The position numbers and the translations under genes are program-made. Below, piece after piece: positions 19,868 to 31,028 of a stretch of DNA of 64,000 nucleotides. The notes beneath the pieces were generated by a model, which ran no database searches, was not told where the DNA came from, and saw nothing but the letters and a program-made list of their open reading frames with translations. This DNA is from a virus (lineage: Duplodnaviria > Caudoviricetes): the IMG/VR virus record IMGVR_UViG_3300012940_000024, positions 19,838 through 83,837 of that record; one strand, given 5' to 3'. How positions within the stretch are numbered: position 1 is the stretch's first letter; each line of letters starts with the position of its first letter.

Positions 19868-20590
19868 TTAATATTTAATGAAGTGGATCATTTCAGTGCC
19901 CACATCAGGTTTGAAAATATCTAAAGTCATATCGAAAACGGAAGCATCACCTTCGGCTTCCATTGTGATCTCGAAAGCAGAGTTGATTTTAGCTTGTGGA
20001 ATAACAATTTGCCAAGCTTCTTCTTCTTTTGTCTCATAGTTAATAATAGTTGTATCACCAACAACTTTATAGAATCCACTGAAACGGTCAGAACGAATAG
20101 TAAATTTTTCAATTTTTTCTGCCTTTTCATAAGTGTAATATGCAATAACTTTAGAAGAAGTTAAAGTAGTTTCAACTTCCGTTCCGGCAGGTTCATTAAT
20201 TGTTTCTGAATCTTCAATATCAAAGTTGTATCCATCTTCTGTAGCATATAAACGTACATCAGAATTTGGTTGTTGTGATAAAGTAACAGTTCCAGCTTCA
20301 ATATCTAGCACTTCACGCATATGAATAGATTGAGCAGATGTTTCAACTTCAACACCAGCTTGCAATGCAATTGACTTAGGATTCATTAAAGCATCTTGAA
20401 TTTCAAAAGTTGCTGTTCTATTGTAGTCAAATGCTAACAAACGTGGATTCCCACGACCTCCTGTGATATAAGTACGTTCAGCATCATTTGACATATTACT
20501 TAATTTTAATGTATCAAGGAATAATACTGGATTACCTTGTTGATCGTAGAAAGTCACATCACAAACTTCACGACTACCAAATCTTGCCAT
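19868..20590 (-). CDS. Major tail tube protein (putative)
   Basis: Strong RBS and a downstream terminator. Beta-rich sequence with GGRGNPRL and AEGDASVFDMTLD motifs recalled from SPbeta-like tail tube proteins. Confidence 0.7.
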   Translation of the reverse strand: MARFGSREVCDVTFYDQQGNPVLFLDTLKLSNMSNDAERTYITGGRGNPRLLAFDYNRTATFEIQDALMNPKSIALQAGVEVETSAQSIHMREVLDIEAGTVTLSQQPNSDVRLYATEDGYNFDIEDSETINEPAGTEVETTLTSSKVIAYYTYEKAEKIEKFTIRSDRFSGFYKVVGDTTIINYETKEEEAWQIVIPQAKINSAFEITMEAEGDASVFDMTLDIFKPDVGTEMIHFIKY

Positions 20591-20602
20591 AAATAATTCC
20601 TC

Positions 20603-21334
20603 CTAAGAATTTATTTTGGTTGACCAATGCTTCAACTTAACATTTTTTGCACCTTGCATCATTGCAGAAATGCCAGTTTCATATTGATCAATGTGAATTA
20701 ATCTTTTGTATTTATCATAAATTTCAAATATTGTGTAATTTAATAATTCATCTTTACTGATATTTCCTTTAACTGAAATAGCAGAAATAATATCAAACAA
20801 ATCTGTACTATCATCATTTTCACGACTTTTGATTCGTTTTACTTCTTCTCTAGTTCGCTTTAATTTTTCTTGTATTTCTTTAGCTTTACTATTACTCACT
20901 GAAATTTCTGTATTATTTTCTACAGATTTAAAATAATTTTGAAGTTGAATGACATGGCACAAATCATCATAATTTAATCGGGTAATAAATCGAAGATCTT
21001 CACTAGTTGAACCAACAGCAATGATCATTTTTTCTTTGACAATTGTAATTTGCTCCTGCAATATTACCTCTAAAGCTTCTTTCATCATTTTTTCAACAAG
21101 TGGATCTTCTGCCATCATGAGAAAATCAAACACTGTTAATTCTTCCGGTGGATTCTCCATAAACTGTTCTTTTTTAAAAGTGAAAATTTTAACATAATGT
21201 AAGTAATTGATATAACCAATATCAATTATCTGACTCAATGTTAAGGGTTTTACTTCTCCGAAATTATCTATGATGATTGGCTTACCAGTTAACAATCTTA
21301 ATTTGTTATCAATAGTCAACTGCATGAATATCAT
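20603..21334 (-). CDS. Phage structural/assembly protein
   Basis: Head-tail region synteny, overlaps upstream gene. Confidence 0.6.
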   Translation of the reverse strand: MIFMQLTIDNKLRLLTGKPIIIDNFGEVKPLTLSQIIDIGYINYLHYVKIFTFKKEQFMENPPEELTVFDFLMMAEDPLVEKMMKEALEVILQEQITIVKEKMIIAVGSTSEDLRFITRLNYDDLCHVIQLQNYFKSVENNTEISVSNSKAKEIQEKLKRTREEVKRIKSRENDDSTDLFDIISAISVKGNISKDELLNYTIFEIYDKYKRLIHIDQYETGISAMMQGAKNVKLKHWSTKINS

Positions 21335-21803
21335 TCCATCTGATTATTTGACCTTGTATTCGCATACACTGAAACTGATCATTAACTGCTAAATGTGTCA
21401 TTTCTTCAAAACTACATACATCTTTCAGTGCATAAACAATATGTCTTGCTATTTCATATGGTCTAATCTTTTTCTTTTTATTTGAGTCAATAATTGTCCA
21501 AATTGAGGAATGGACAACTATATCAATAAATACCATGCAATTTTCTAGAATTTGATTATTTTCAAATTCTAAAATTGGAAAATAAATATGAATTTGTGAC
21601 CTAATATCAGCGGTGTAATCTATGTCAAATGGGTGAGGGAGTATTCTTTCTTTTTTCCCAAATGGTGCTATTTCTACTGGATTGAAATTCGGTTGATCTA
21701 AAGGATTGGATTGTGTGTAATAAACCAATTTTGCTAATTCCATATTGGTTAGGAGTGAACCCATTAGTTTAACTAGATCATCTGAAAGAGTTAAAAGCTT
21801 CAT
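21309..21803 (-). CDS. Phage structural protein (tail terminator-like position)
   Basis: Synteny and translational coupling. Confidence 0.55.
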   Translation of the reverse strand: MKLLTLSDDLVKLMGSLLTNMELAKLVYYTQSNPLDQPNFNPVEIAPFGKKERILPHPFDIDYTADIRSQIHIYFPILEFENNQILENCMVFIDIVVHSSIWTIIDSNKKKKIRPYEIARHIVYALKDVCSFEEMTHLAVNDQFQCMRIQGQIIRWNDIHAVDY

Positions 21804-22463
21804 TTACCATTCACCCCAATTACTTCCAATATTATCAGCAACATCAGTTTCTAAGTCATCATTGGCACTCAACAGACTTTGTTCTGCTCTAAATTCAATG
21901 AAACCTTTACCGAAATTTACATTAGAAATAGCATCAATCCCACGAATTTCATATGGAATATCATTGATAATAAATCTTTGTAAATGGTTAATTTTTTTTG
22001 TATCATTGTTATATGGAACACGAATAGTCACAGCATTATCAGCTATGATTATTTGTTCTTCTTGATCTAAGTCAAATTTTTTATTTTCAACAACTGCTGG
22101 ATAGAGTTTCATCATGCCTTCTTCATCATTCCATCTTAACCATTCATTACACAGCTTTACATAAGCAGTAGGGTAGACAGTGTTATCTTTGGTGTTTTCA
22201 ACTAACCAATGAGTTTCATCAAAATTAATAATATCTCCCTTAAAAATTTCTGTGTCCGGTCTAAAGAGAATAGATAGCTGATTGTTACTTTTTTCACGAT
22301 CTATCCTAGCATCAACTTTATAGCCATTTAAAAACACCTTTTTATAATTTGGAGCATCTTTGAAAGTATGATCGACAAAATACTTTGTATTTTCTTCCAT
22401 TTCTTCCATAGGATTATGTGAACTCATTCTTCTGCGATAATTATAAAGATCCATTGTTTTCAC
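21804..22463 (-). CDS. Head closure/head-tail joining protein (putative)
   Basis: Synteny. Beta-rich protein with GDII..WLV motif. Confidence 0.55.
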   Translation of the reverse strand: MKTMDLYNYRRRMSSHNPMEEMEENTKYFVDHTFKDAPNYKKVFLNGYKVDARIDREKSNNQLSILFRPDTEIFKGDIINFDETHWLVENTKDNTVYPTAYVKLCNEWLRWNDEEGMMKLYPAVVENKKFDLDQEEQIIIADNAVTIRVPYNNDTKKINHLQRFIINDIPYEIRGIDAISNVNFGKGFIEFRAEQSLLSANDDLETDVADNIGSNWGEW

Positions 22464-22773
22464 CTAAATTCTTTTTCATTTTTTTAACAATGGATATGGA
22501 TTTAAATACATCTGATCGAAATTCCTCAAATTTTATATCATTACTTATCAAATTCTCCAAAGTTCCAGCTAAACTTAAAAATTCTTTTTCATAAAGTAAA
22601 CCTTCCATTAATGTTGAATTTCCTATAAGTTCTCGAATTAAACTTTGGATATACATAGGAAGGGTAGGACATTGTTCTTCTTTCATTGGCAAAATTTTGA
22701 AAATTTTGTCAATGTATCCTTCTAATCCTACTTCTACAGTGACATTAGAAAGTTTTCCATATTTAGTATCCAT
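22441..22773 (-). CDS. Phage hypothetical protein
   Basis: Coupled to both neighbours. Confidence 0.65.
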   Translation of the reverse strand: MDTKYGKLSNVTVEVGLEGYIDKIFKILPMKEEQCPTLPMYIQSLIRELIGNSTLMEGLLYEKEFLSLAGTLENLISNDIKFEEFRSDVFKSISIVKKMKKNLGENNGSL

Positions 22774-23195
22774 CAGTTTAATCCACCTATACCGTCTTTA
22801 TAGGAATATTGGCTCATTAAATGATTTACTTCACTTTTAATTTGATTTTTAAGTTCTAGCATTTTAGAAAGATGATTCGCTTGGCTATATATTTTGTATT
22901 CTTTTGTACCTAAAAATTGCTTCATATTTTCAGTAGCAATGATTTTAGGGTTTAAGTATTCAATAACCATTAACAAAGCTAGGATCTCAATTTCAAGATC
23001 TGTCAAATCACGCTCAAATTCTTTAAATGTCAGATCCTTATCTAAACGATTTCCGGCAGAAAAGAATTTTGCACAAGCACTTCTTAGATATTTTTCAAAT
23101 TCTTCTTCTAATTCTTCATCAGTAAATTTTACAAATGAATAATCAGAAACTTTTGAAAGGAAAAAGCTATATACATCTTCAAAAGGGGTTGCCAT
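22773..23195 (-). CDS. Head-tail connector/adaptor protein (putative)
   Basis: TPFEDVYSFFLSKV...DLTDLEIEILALLM...YSQANHL, recalled from SPbeta-like head-tail proteins. Confidence 0.6.
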   Translation of the reverse strand: MATPFEDVYSFFLSKVSDYSFVKFTDEELEEEFEKYLRSACAKFFSAGNRLDKDLTFKEFERDLTDLEIEILALLMVIEYLNPKIIATENMKQFLGTKEYKIYSQANHLSKMLELKNQIKSEVNHLMSQYSYKDGIGGLN

Positions 23196-23206
23196 TGAAA
23201 TACCCC

Positions 23207-23860
23207 CTAACTACTTAATTTGACATTAAATACATCTTCAATTGCTTTTACTTTTTGAACACTATCTAATTCCTTAGACTTTATTTTTTCTTTAGCCTTT
23301 GACACAACTACATGTGCTAATCCTTTAGGTATGGATTCAATTACTTCAATAAATTGATTTATAGGCATACTAAAAATGCCATCAATTTTTGTGGCATAAG
23401 TTAATTTTTTATACATTTTTGTCAATCCTAAATAATCAACAATTTCATCATCTAAAATAATCAAGAAAGGTTCGTCAAGAAAGACTCTTTGACTTGTCCT
23501 CATTGTCAGTAATTCGTATAATTCGATATATTCAATGTCACCATAATTTTCAAATCGGTATTCACAGCCAGTTTTCCGGCTAATATAAATAAGTTTTCCA
23601 TTAGTTACATTCATAATTGGAACTAAAATATTATTGTCAAGAACTTCTTTTCTTTTTATAATGCTTTTATATTGAGGTGTATCGTCTACTTTTTCCTTTG
23701 CTTTTTCTTCCATTTCAGCTTTTACTTTTGCTAATGCTTCTTCATATAACTGCTTTTTTAATGCTTCAATATCTATAGTAGGGGATTCTTTTGTAACAGT
23801 AGCTTTAGACTCTACTTTTGATTTAGACTCTACTTTTGATTTAGACTCTTTTTTTGCCAT
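23207..23860 (-). CDS. Phage structural-region protein following the capsid gene
   Basis: RBS and synteny. N-terminal SKVESK repeat. Confidence 0.65.
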   Translation of the reverse strand: MAKKESKSKVESKSKVESKATVTKESPTIDIEALKKQLYEEALAKVKAEMEEKAKEKVDDTPQYKSIIKRKEVLDNNILVPIMNVTNGKLIYISRKTGCEYRFENYGDIEYIELYELLTMRTSQRVFLDEPFLIILDDEIVDYLGLTKMYKKLTYATKIDGIFSMPINQFIEVIESIPKGLAHVVVSKAKEKIKSKELDSVQKVKAIEDVFNVKLSS

Positions 23861-23906
23861 AAAAAAAACTCCTTTTACTCTTTTCTTTTAACAATCATTA
23901 AATAGT

Positions 23907-24884
23907 CTATTCCATGCGATAAATAGCATAATTTTCAGAAGCTAAGACCGCAAAACCAGCTTTTTTGATGAAACGGTATTCTCTTTGCATGTCTTTTCTA
24001 CCTTCTGTCACTTCTTCAATTAAGCTATCGCCTTCAAGAATTAGTTTTACAAATGGTTCTAATCCATTTGGAGCAATGATTAAGAAATTGTTATTAATAG
24101 CAAAATCATCTGTTCCGGCTTTATGAGTTTGACGAATTTCAACTAATGGAGATCCATTAAATACTCCGATATAACCCATACGATTACGTTCATCAAGCAT
24201 GTCATCAGTAAGAGTAGAACGAACAACTTTAGACAATGCAGATTTTGTACCTAAGATCATAGCTTGGCTGTTAGTGCTTGCTTCTACATGAGCAATTAGA
24301 TCAATTAATGTGTTTTCTGAAAACGCACCAGTAGCACGATAAGTTGCATTTAATTGATCGAAAGAATTGTAAATAGCATTGTAAATTTCTTCTTGAATTT
24401 TTGCATTGTAAGAACGTGCAACAACATCAATCATACGGTCAAAAGAAACTCTACCAGCAAGGATGCGGTGTAATTCTTCATAAATTGCTACAGCGTAAGT
24501 TTTAGTACGGACAGTTACTTCCGAACTGTCTAGTCTATCCCTACGAATATCACCATTACCGTCTGCAACAATACTTACATCAAACAAACGATTTTCCGGC
24601 AAAGTAAATACTTGGGTATCGCCCCAATCCAGTTGAACAGTTTCAACAAAGTCTTGGAATTGATCTGTGATACCTTCTGAAATTGCAATATCTAAAACCT
24701 GTTCAATGATTTCAAACATTTCCGGATGTTTGCGGAAAGACTTAGGATTTAATTTGTCACTTCCACCGTTTAATTCAATTAATTCTTGTCTAAGAACTTC
24801 ATTAGCTTCATCTTTTGAATAATTGGTAATTTTGCCCTTTCTAAGATCAAGGGCTAATTTTACTAATTCTTTGCTCATTATCAT
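23907..24884 (-). CDS. Major capsid protein (SPbeta YonB-like position)
   Basis: 325 aa after the scaffold and decoration genes, strong AAGGAGG RBS, highly-expressed-type codon usage. Confidence 0.8.
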   Translation of the reverse strand: MIMSKELVKLALDLRKGKITNYSKDEANEVLRQELIELNGGSDKLNPKSFRKHPEMFEIIEQVLDIAISEGITDQFQDFVETVQLDWGDTQVFTLPENRLFDVSIVADGNGDIRRDRLDSSEVTVRTKTYAVAIYEELHRILAGRVSFDRMIDVVARSYNAKIQEEIYNAIYNSFDQLNATYRATGAFSENTLIDLIAHVEASTNSQAMILGTKSALSKVVRSTLTDDMLDERNRMGYIGVFNGSPLVEIRQTHKAGTDDFAINNNFLIIAPNGLEPFVKLILEGDSLIEEVTEGRKDMQREYRFIKKAGFAVLASENYAIYRME

Positions 24885-24915
24885 TTCCTCCTTAAAGAAT
24901 ATTTGGTTATTTGTA

Positions 24916-25383
24916 CTAAGCTGAAATAACTCGTAGAGCGTAAGCTGGTTGATTATTGTAACCTAGAGTAGTTGCTTCAATTACTTCAAATTGCAATCTT
25001 GCACCTTCAACAACAGCACCTAATTTGTATTCATCAACTTGTGGTGAAACAATATCACCAACATCAGGTGCTTCAAGGAATAAATCTTCTGTTAAAGTGA
25101 TTACGTCACCAACAGTAAGATGATATAAACGACATTCTTCACCTATTTCAACATAAAAATCTTCTAGTGCTGATTGTCGTGGATCATACATAACCTCTGG
25201 ACTAGCATGTAATAGTACCTCAGTAGCTAGTACATCAGCAGGAGCAGTAATAGCGTAAGTCTCACGCTGACCTGCAATTAAACCTCTTAATGCAACAAAA
25301 TAACCATTTAACATAACATCTTCTTCATTACGACCATTAGAAAGGTGATTTCCAGTAATTTTATCTAATCTAACAATAGCCAT
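24916..25383 (-). CDS. Capsid decoration/minor head protein (putative)
   Basis: Between scaffold and capsid genes, with a near-identical RBS region to the capsid gene. Confidence 0.6.
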   Translation of the reverse strand: MAIVRLDKITGNHLSNGRNEEDVMLNGYFVALRGLIAGQRETYAITAPADVLATEVLLHASPEVMYDPRQSALEDFYVEIGEECRLYHLTVGDVITLTEDLFLEAPDVGDIVSPQVDEYKLGAVVEGARLQFEVIEATTLGYNNQPAYALRVISA

Positions 25384-25419
25384 ATCATTTCCTCCTTAAA
25401 GAATATTTAGGTATTTGAT

Positions 25420-26862
25420 TTATTTTTTTAAATGCTTTTCAAATAAATGATGGTAAGATGGTTTGCTTTCATCATTTGAATCATTTGGCGTTACATAGAA
25501 TTTTGCAAATTGAGTAGATTTTTTAGTTTTTTCACTAACCTGTTTTTTACCTAAAATGGCATATAATTTTTCTTCAATTTCATCAATTGTATAGTGATAA
25601 ATTTTTTCACGTATTTCTTTTACATCAGAATCATTTAATTTTTCAAAAGAAGATATAAGTGCTTCTACTTTTGCTTTATGATCTTCTTTTTCACGATTCT
25701 TTTTATACTTAGCTAATTCATCACGTTCTTTAACTACTTTTTCAAATTCTTTTTGAAGTTCTTCATATTTTTCTTTCAATTCATTTTCATCTTTTTCATC
25801 AGAATCATTAGTAAATTCTTTGTCATCACCGGATTGTTTTGAATCGAGTTCATCATCTTTAGAAGTCTTTTCATCATCTTTTGGATCTTCTTTTTGACCT
25901 TTAGGCTCATTTTCATCAACCTCTGATTTCTTTTCATCTTTTTCATATTCAGAATTGTCATTATCACCTTTTGTATCTTTATCACTGTTTTGATTGTCTA
26001 CTTTACTTTCTTTGTTGGATTGATCATCTTTTTGTTCAGCTTCTTTTTTGATTCTTTCTAATTCAGCTTTAAATTCATCAATGTTACTATCAGAATAGGC
26101 ATGAATATCGACACCAGCTTCGATAACTTGTTCTCTAGTCAGATCATAGGATTTAAGCAATTCCTCAATATTCACTTGTTGAACCTCCTTTGAATATTTA
26201 TTTGCATACTCCTTCATCATTTTTGCAATTTCCATTTTCAATTTATCCATTGAAAATTTCATTTCAACTTTTGCGGAGTTCATGGCTGGCTCAACATCAT
26301 TTCCTAAAATAGCACAGCCATCAAATTTAAAATTCTCGAATACAAACAATCCATCTTCATTGAAATATCCACTATATTTTTCGGATAATTCCATTGATTG
26401 ACCTTTAACTAAATCTCTTGAAATGATTTCAACTGCATCATCAAATTTTTTCCATACAATTGCATCAACAACTAAGTATTCTCTTTCAACACCATCATCA
26501 CCCACCATAAATTCCCATCTAGCATTATTCTGTTCGGGAATTACACCGTAGGCTTGACCAATATACTTCCATTTAAATTCTCCATCTTCAATAACAAGAT
26601 CAATTTCATGTCCGGCAAAATCTTTACCATTTTCATCTCTTTTTACAAAAGCAAGAAGGGGAGTATTGGCTAAAGTAGGGATAGCACTATTCACAGCTTC
26701 TTTTGTAAAAATCGATCCATTGTAATTTTCACCAGTATGAAGAACATAAATTTTTACTTCTAAAAATCTTTCATCAATCTCTCTGCTTTGCTGATATTGA
26801 ATTGGAATATGTGTGAATTTATATTTCCTCTGAATTTCATTCATCTTTTTCACCCCCTTCAA
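25420..26862 (-). CDS. Prohead protease/scaffold protein (YonD-like position)
   Basis: N-terminal HTGENYNGS...QSMEL...GCAILG domain followed by an acidic coiled-coil scaffold. Confidence 0.75.
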   Translation of the reverse strand: MKGVKKMNEIQRKYKFTHIPIQYQQSREIDERFLEVKIYVLHTGENYNGSIFTKEAVNSAIPTLANTPLLAFVKRDENGKDFAGHEIDLVIEDGEFKWKYIGQAYGVIPEQNNARWEFMVGDDGVEREYLVVDAIVWKKFDDAVEIISRDLVKGQSMELSEKYSGYFNEDGLFVFENFKFDGCAILGNDVEPAMNSAKVEMKFSMDKLKMEIAKMMKEYANKYSKEVQQVNIEELLKSYDLTREQVIEAGVDIHAYSDSNIDEFKAELERIKKEAEQKDDQSNKESKVDNQNSDKDTKGDNDNSEYEKDEKKSEVDENEPKGQKEDPKDDEKTSKDDELDSKQSGDDKEFTNDSDEKDENELKEKYEELQKEFEKVVKERDELAKYKKNREKEDHKAKVEALISSFEKLNDSDVKEIREKIYHYTIDEIEEKLYAILGKKQVSEKTKKSTQFAKFYVTPNDSNDESKPSYHHLFEKHLKK

Positions 26863-26868
26863 ATGGAA

Positions 26869-28392
26869 TTATTCACGATTCGCATTGTCATCTCGATTCT
26901 GTTGTCCTTCACCTTTTTCAGTTAATTCATCCTCATTCTTTTGCGGTCTGCCAGCTTCATTACCAGCTTCTTTAACATCTTTGTTAGATTGAGTATGAGA
27001 AGATTGTAAAGGAATAAATTCATCAATTAGATTCAAGAATGTATTTTCTAGATAAGCCATATTTTTAACACTAGATGGAGAAACACCTAAAACGGATGCC
27101 AACATTAATTTCACTGGAAATCCGTACTGACCAACTTTGATTAACTGATCTATCGTTTCTTCACGATTAAATACAGTTACATCTAGCATTTTAATTTTAA
27201 ATTTCACATTACCTTTAATAGCAATTTTTAATTTTCGGTTAATCCATCTTTCAATTTGTCTTAAAACCGCAAATACTTCCTGTTCATCCACTTTGATGCT
27301 TTTTGCTAAATTGGCTTGGGATGCATTACTTCCATTAAAAAGTAAAGAGGAAGTACCAGCAGATGAATAAAATTCCCTTTCAGCTTCTTCAATCTTATCT
27401 GTATCTGATTTATCTCTTGTGAAATCAATTGTTTCTACATCAAAAGGAACAGTTAACAATCCAATTTCTTCCGGAGTTGTTTCTGATACACGATTATGAA
27501 ACATAGTGACATTTGGCAAGTCGATAAGAAAATCATTATTCACACCACTATCTTTTCTTATCGGAATTTTCTGAACAATGAATTTATAGTTATCAACTGT
27601 GGTAGCTGTTTTCTTTAATGCTTTGTAATCTTCAATATCAAAAATTGAAGCAAAAACATTAGAGAAGGGAGGAAGATCATAATCAAGATGATCATTAATT
27701 TTTATACAAACAGTTTTAGTAGAATCTAATTCAATCCATTGACCTTCTGTACCATTTTTATATTTGTTATATAATTTTTTAAATTCTTTTGGATAAAGTT
27801 CTAATTGTAATTGATTCCGGTCAAAATACTGAAAGTTAAATGAGAAATTATATACTCCATCTTCTATACTACTTATTTGACAATATTCATTCGGTAAAAT
27901 CTGAATAAAGTAGCTGTCTGTTCCTTCATGTTCATAGCCATAAAAAGTATCATTTACCCATGCAACTTTTAAGGCTTTTGAAAATTCATGTTTGATATTC
28001 ATTAGATCTAGTAATTGATTGGTTCTTTCATAAGCAGTTTTAAATGATTTATCATTAACTTTTTCTAAATTCAAATTAAAAGGCTCAATAATATAATCCA
28101 ATGTAGGCATGTTAGCAAAATAATTAATTAATCGCCTATAGTGAGGGGATGCACGATATAAACCTTGTGAAAGATCTCCTAATTCTTTTGAATAACGAAT
28201 AGGGTTATCCAAATATGTTTTTACATCATCTTTTGTGTATTTCTTAACTATCGGATTATTTCTTTCATTTAAATCTTTTAATATCATTCCCGACATTGTA
28301 GCAAAATTTAAATCAACACTTTGTCTTTTAAATTCTTGCTCTTTATCAGTATCTTTTTTCTTTTTGTTAGAGATTTTTGTTTCAACCATCAT
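26869..28392 (-). CDS. Portal protein
   Basis: 507 aa immediately after the terminase, with SPHYRRLINYFANM motif. Confidence 0.8.
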   Translation of the reverse strand: MMVETKISNKKKKDTDKEQEFKRQSVDLNFATMSGMILKDLNERNNPIVKKYTKDDVKTYLDNPIRYSKELGDLSQGLYRASPHYRRLINYFANMPTLDYIIEPFNLNLEKVNDKSFKTAYERTNQLLDLMNIKHEFSKALKVAWVNDTFYGYEHEGTDSYFIQILPNEYCQISSIEDGVYNFSFNFQYFDRNQLQLELYPKEFKKLYNKYKNGTEGQWIELDSTKTVCIKINDHLDYDLPPFSNVFASIFDIEDYKALKKTATTVDNYKFIVQKIPIRKDSGVNNDFLIDLPNVTMFHNRVSETTPEEIGLLTVPFDVETIDFTRDKSDTDKIEEAEREFYSSAGTSSLLFNGSNASQANLAKSIKVDEQEVFAVLRQIERWINRKLKIAIKGNVKFKIKMLDVTVFNREETIDQLIKVGQYGFPVKLMLASVLGVSPSSVKNMAYLENTFLNLIDEFIPLQSSHTQSNKDVKEAGNEAGRPQKNEDELTEKGEGQQNRDDNANRE

Positions 28393-28401
28393 TCCACCTC
28401 C

Positions 28402-30120
28402 TTACCTCCGGCTTTTTGCTTTTCTACCTAAGAAGAAACTTGAAATATCTACAACATTTTCTCGTCTAGCTTTATTCTGTCTCTCTTTATTAACGATCCA
28501 AAATAGACCGTATTCAACAGCACTGAAACGGTCTTTTCCGATACTTTTACTTATTTGCTTTACTTTTGTATTTGTACCACTTTGATAATACTCTAAATTC
28601 ATAAGTTCCTCTTGAAGAAAATCCGTTTCAACATACGGTCTTAAAATTCGAGTCATTTCATCTGGCTCTTTTTTCTTCATTTTATTCTTCATATGATGTT
28701 CAGTTTGTAAAAATTTCACTTGATGTTGTGATATAGCACTAATGAAAATATTATGAATATCACTAGCATTTGTTTCTTTTGTTTGTGATTTAATACAGTA
28801 GACCATTGGAACTGAATTTTGCAATTTGTATTTATCATATCTTGAATCATTTACGACTGAATAAGCCGGATTACTGTCACATTCTGTTATGAGATAATCA
28901 ATAACACCAGCACCTATACCGTTGGCATCACAAATTAATATTTCCGCATTAAAATCATTGACTTTCTGTTTTAAAAAGATCGCTTGATTTCTAAAGTGAG
29001 TACCTTCCATTGAATATAAATTCACAAGAAACTTTTGATAACTTCCATCACCACGATCTATACATTTAAATACAGCAAGAGAAGAAAGGGCATTTTGACT
29101 TCCTTCTGCTCTACTCACATCATAAGATAAAACATACATTGCATTTTTATCTGTGGCTTTATCTTCTGCTTTTTCAATAGTCCGGCATCTTCTAAAGTCC
29201 TCTAAACTCACCAGTGAGTTTTCACTAGTTCCTGACCAAATAGAAGCATATTCACGTTCCCATGATAATAAATTAAAGGTAGAATCTTCTCTCAAATCTT
29301 GGATATATTGAGCAGATAATAGGTTATGCATAACTGGAAGTTCAAAACTAGCACCCAAACAAAATGCTGATTTTCCTTCAACCATATCTCTCATGACTTC
29401 CATATGCTTTTCAAAAGCGTATGTTTGTTTAGCACCAGCAGTTGTTACATATGTAACAGGCTTGCTAATTTCATGAGGATCTTCTCCACCACACATAGCT
29501 ATCCTATTATTTGCTAAAATCGGCATAATTACACTGTTAAGAACATCTTTATCAAAACGTTCATGAATAATTTCTTCTACTGACAATCCATGTCTCCTTA
29601 AACCACGACTTGATTCAGCTAAAGCAACACAGTCAAATCTTGCTCCATTCCAAAACGTCAAACGAGTATAGTCTTTTTCAAATCGTATCTCTTTGACTTC
29701 TCTTTTGAGGATAGGAAAGAAATCCCAAATTGCTTCAATATTTGCTTGGCTGATACCACTTGCCATTTGTTTCTGTGGAGCAGTAATTGTCAATTTAATT
29801 TTTGGATAGAATATACAGCGTAAATATAAAGCTAAAATTTGCAAGAAAGACTTTGAACTACCCCTCGCCAGTACAAAAAATGTAACCCGATACCTAAACA
29901 TGATTCTAAGTATTAAACGCTGATAAAAAAATAAAACAAATGGAGAATTAGAATCTAAAATCATATCCAAAAATAAATCCGGTTTAGAACGGAAAAGGGC
30001 TAAGTATTTTCTCCAATCTTTTTCCATTTCTTTAAAGCTTTTAACGGATGTGATTTTTTTACTAAAATCATGATCCTCATTTGTTTCAATTTTTTTTGCA
30101 AAATTATCATAAGTAGCCAT
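28402..30120 (-). CDS. Terminase large subunit
   Basis: Walker A ARGSSKS, SSRGLRRH, Walker B-like VEE, nuclease YDVSR and KDRFSA motifs. Confidence 0.9.
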   Translation of the reverse strand: MATYDNFAKKIETNEDHDFSKKITSVKSFKEMEKDWRKYLALFRSKPDLFLDMILDSNSPFVLFFYQRLILRIMFRYRVTFFVLARGSSKSFLQILALYLRCIFYPKIKLTITAPQKQMASGISQANIEAIWDFFPILKREVKEIRFEKDYTRLTFWNGARFDCVALAESSRGLRRHGLSVEEIIHERFDKDVLNSVIMPILANNRIAMCGGEDPHEISKPVTYVTTAGAKQTYAFEKHMEVMRDMVEGKSAFCLGASFELPVMHNLLSAQYIQDLREDSTFNLLSWEREYASIWSGTSENSLVSLEDFRRCRTIEKAEDKATDKNAMYVLSYDVSRAEGSQNALSSLAVFKCIDRGDGSYQKFLVNLYSMEGTHFRNQAIFLKQKVNDFNAEILICDANGIGAGVIDYLITECDSNPAYSVVNDSRYDKYKLQNSVPMVYCIKSQTKETNASDIHNIFISAISQHQVKFLQTEHHMKNKMKKKEPDEMTRILRPYVETDFLQEELMNLEYYQSGTNTKVKQISKSIGKDRFSAVEYGLFWIVNKERQNKARRENVVDISSFFLGRKAKSRR

Positions 30121-31028
30121 TATTGCTCAACTCTTTCAATTTTAGGTGTATCACTAGGGGGTTTAGTAAGTTTTTCCATACCTAAAACTTTTCGAGTGTA
30201 ATTTACAATATACATAATGGTGCGATCTACAATATCTTGATTTTCTTTTAAGTCAACATTTAAAGGCTCTACATAACCGTTTGCTTCAACTTCTGCGAAA
30301 ATTTGACTAAAAGATTTAATTCCACTTGCTTCATCACTTGATTTCCTATCAATGGGGCGAAAACCACTAGACTTTTGCAATTCAGCGAATTGTCTAGATA
30401 ATTTTTCATATCCAGTATAATCCCCTTCTGTTAATGCTCTATCCATTAATACGCTTAATTTACAGTAAAAATATAATTGTCTCTCATGCTGTGGAGTTTC
30501 AATACTATTTGCATACAACATTTTTCTATATAATCTTTCCATTTCAAGGATCTCACGATTAGAATAACTACCCCATTTAGAGATTAGTTCTTTTGTAATC
30601 GTAATATTTCCTTGCTCAGTGTCAATGTTATTGATTGTTTCTAATTCTTTTTCTATATCAGACATAAAAGTTTTTTCAATTTTTTCCGGTGACGAACTAT
30701 TCTTATAGGTGAGATTTTTGTATTGGTGTAAGCTACAAATCATTCTCATATATTCGCCAAAAGTATCATTTTTGCTTTCTAATGCTTTCTTCCAAATTTC
30801 TGCTAAAAAGGGTTTATCAATTGCTTGTAAAACTTCATGAACTGAATTTAAATCATCAATATTGATCATTTCTTTTAAACAGTCTTTACAATATGGCACT
30901 TTTCTATCTTTACGGAATAGAGGGGAATTAGAAGTATAAAAATTATTCTTAATGGATTTTTCTCTTGTACACATGGAACAGACTTTTAAATTATGCTTTT
31001 GCTTACCCAAAAATCTCACCTCCTTCAT
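30120..31028 (-). CDS. Zn-finger protein upstream of terminase, probable small terminase (YonG-like position)
   Basis: CSMC...CKDC motifs. Coupled to the terminase large subunit gene. Confidence 0.55.
   Translation of the reverse strand: MKEVRFLGKQKHNLKVCSMCTREKSIKNNFYTSNSPLFRKDRKVPYCKDCLKEMINIDDLNSVHEVLQAIDKPFLAEIWKKALESKNDTFGEYMRMICSLHQYKNLTYKNSSSPEKIEKTFMSDIEKELETINNIDTEQGNITITKELISKWGSYSNREILEMERLYRKMLYANSIETPQHERQLYFYCKLSVLMDRALTEGDYTGYEKLSRQFAELQKSSGFRPIDRKSSDEASGIKSFSQIFAEVEANGYVEPLNVDLKENQDIVDRTIMYIVNYTRKVLGMEKLTKPPSDTPKIERVEQ

Noticed and set aside
25776-25985. K/M-rich alternate-frame ORF inside the scaffold gene
   Set aside because: A by-product of GAT/GAA-rich codons in the acidic scaffold region.
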